A stretch of 64,000 nucleotides of DNA, from positions 18,166,001 to 18,230,000 of the forward strand of contig NC_043016.1 in assembly GCF_006345805.1 (NCBI RefSeq), in the 5' to 3' direction. The notes beneath the pieces were generated by a model. That model saw only the letters and a list, made by a program, of their open reading frames with translations. It was not told the DNA's origin and ran no database searches. The number at the start of each line of letters is the position of its first letter. Position 1 is the stretch's first letter. Made by a program: the position numbers and the translations under genes. This document shows positions 61,940 through 64,000 of this stretch, piece after piece. This stretch comes from Octopus sinensis (lineage: Eukaryota).

Positions 61940-62030
61940 TATATAAGTAAAAGGGCAGGCAACAGGTTGCTCTGCCGCATTCCGAAAGAATGCGGCAGAG
62001 CAACCTGTTGCCTGCCCTTTTACTTATATA
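61940..62030. repeat. Perfect 43-bp hairpin
   Basis: 61940-61982 is the exact reverse complement of 61988-62030; loop CGAAA. Confidence 0.95.
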
Positions 62031-62441
62031 CTATATATATATACTGAACTCTACAGAAGTTCCTGAAGCTAAAGTATTTACATACCGAAATCTACCGGTA
62101 AATAATTGTTGGTTGTCTGAAAAACCATCGAAAAAGTTAATTACCCTTTTATTATATATATATATATATATATATAAAGCTAACACCCATATCTCACTCT
62201 TAGCACCTTATCATATATATCATCAGCATGTACCCACCCCATGTCTGTTTACCATACTATATTCACCCCTATATAACTTTCACCTTATTCACTCAGGCAC
62301 TATAAGTCTCTTTTCCTCAACAAACTCTTGCAACCATTACCCACCTACTCCTACCCGCACCTCCCCACCAAATTCAAATTTTTTCCCTATCTACAGTTTC
62401 ATTATTAATCTGCTTCTTTTCACTAAAACAAGTAATATATA

Positions 62442-62474
<33 letters not shown>

Positions 62475-62479
<5 letters not shown>

Positions 62480-62878
62480 TCTTTTACTCTTTTACTTCTT
62501 TCAGTCATTTGATTGCAGCCATGCTGGAGCACCGCCTTTAGTCAAGCATATCGACCCCGGGACTTATTCTTTGTAAGCCCAGTACTTATTCTATCGGTCT
62601 CTTTTGCCGAACCGCTAAGTGACAGGGACATAAACACACCAGCATCGGCTGTCAAGCAATGCTAGGGAGACAAACACAGACATACAAATGCATACACACA
62701 AACATATATATATATACATATATACGACAGGCTTCTTTCAGTTTCTGTCTACCAAATCCACTCACAAGGCATTGGTCGGCCCGGGGCTATAGCAGAAGAC
62801 ACTTGCCCAAGATGCTACGCAGTGGGACTGAACCCGGAACCATGTGGTTGGTTAGCATGCTACTTACCACACAGCCAA
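62475..62878 (-). mobile_element. SINE family A
   Basis: Full copy. Confidence 0.85.
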
Positions 62879-64000
62879 TATATATATATATATGGGAAAA
62901 AACAAGAAGAAACTGGAGAAGAAACGGATGTATGAATAATTTTTTTGTATGTTGCAAAAAGGCGAAAGTTACATTTAAAAAACATAACAATACAAATAAA
63001 TTGATTGCAGGTTGAAAGTTCATAAAATAAAATAAAAATAAAATAAGGAACCTACATATATGTTTCAGTTCTATCACTGAGTTGATTGGAATTTCCAAGC
63101 ATTTTAATACTTTAATACTAAGAAAGGTACCATATTCTAACTATATGGTGGTGGGACTTCTTCAGGGTTAGCATAGAGCTCTTGGGTCTTTGGTAAAAGT
63201 AACTTTCATCTTTTTGCAGCATACAAATAAATTATTCACTCAACCATTTCTTGTTTTTCCCCCCAATATTAATTATTTCAATAACCATAACATATACCAA
63301 TGACTTTCGCATTATATGATAGGGATTAAACCAGTGGAATACCTTGGATTATGTAATCCCTAATGATGACTTAAGTAACTATATATATATATTTTTGATG
63401 TGACTCTACCCTATACTGTTTTCTCCCCCTATCATTTTCTCTCACATCCTTTCTCAAATTCCTTTTCTCCCCTTCACCATTGTCTATCTGTCTCCTTCTC
63501 CCCCTCTTTCTCCTTTACTCTCTCTTGTTGCACACATGTGACCATTATCCATCTTTCTTTTCTTTCAGGGCTGTCCTAAAGACTGGACATATTCTATCTC
63601 TCTCCTATCTTTTCTTTTGTCAAAGAAAATATTTCTCCAGCATTCACTATTTTACCATCATTCTGGTCTAACGACCCTCCATGTTTGTTTTTGTTCGGTT
63701 TCCTTGTATGTCTCCACTATCCTGTTTTTGTTCCCAATTTTGACCCTCCATAAATCCCAAATTTTATTTTGGGACTTATGGGAGCAACTCTCTTTGAAGA
63801 CTCATATTGTTTATGTGCTTGAAATTAGGAGTAGATAGACAGCTGACAACTGACGAAGGGTTGTTCTTTATGTTACTTGTCCTGTTTTCCATTTGCTTCT
63901 CTTGTTGCTTGTGTAGTGAACTCATTATTTTCGTATTTCATGTTGTTTATGTTTGTGATGTTCTGTACCCATACATACATACATACATACATATATATAT

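Noticed and set aside
62893-63270. Two inverted fragments with CCKK..KVT, possibly Helitron Rep N-terminus
   Set aside because: Too short and degenerate to call with confidence

Overview
AT-rich, repeat-saturated animal DNA, most likely an octopus (inferred from the SINE families and microsatellite load). It looks intronic or intergenic: no host protein-coding gene can be supported, only two weak exon candidates. The one convincing CDS is an uninterrupted 1035-aa RTE-clade LINE ORF (9434-12541) with APE endonuclease, reverse transcriptase and a C4HC3 PHD-type finger inside the RT C-terminal region. About ten more 3' fragments of this LINE family are present. The rest is four tRNA-headed SINE families (dozens of copies), R4/Dong-, Hero-, Tx1-, L2- and Penelope-like retroelement remnants, mariner/maT fragments, MITEs, Helitrons, microsatellites and one 100-N gap. 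Best candidate for something undescribed: the RTE 3' UTR carries a variable-copy array of ~60-bp units, each able to fold as a GCCAG/CTGGC hairpin plus a compact H-type pseudoknot (CGTGC-N-GGTG-GCACG-TAAAA(A)G-CACC), with compensatory changes between copies. Repeat boundaries were read by eye and are approximate unless termini are quoted. Family names come from motif recognition, not database searches.
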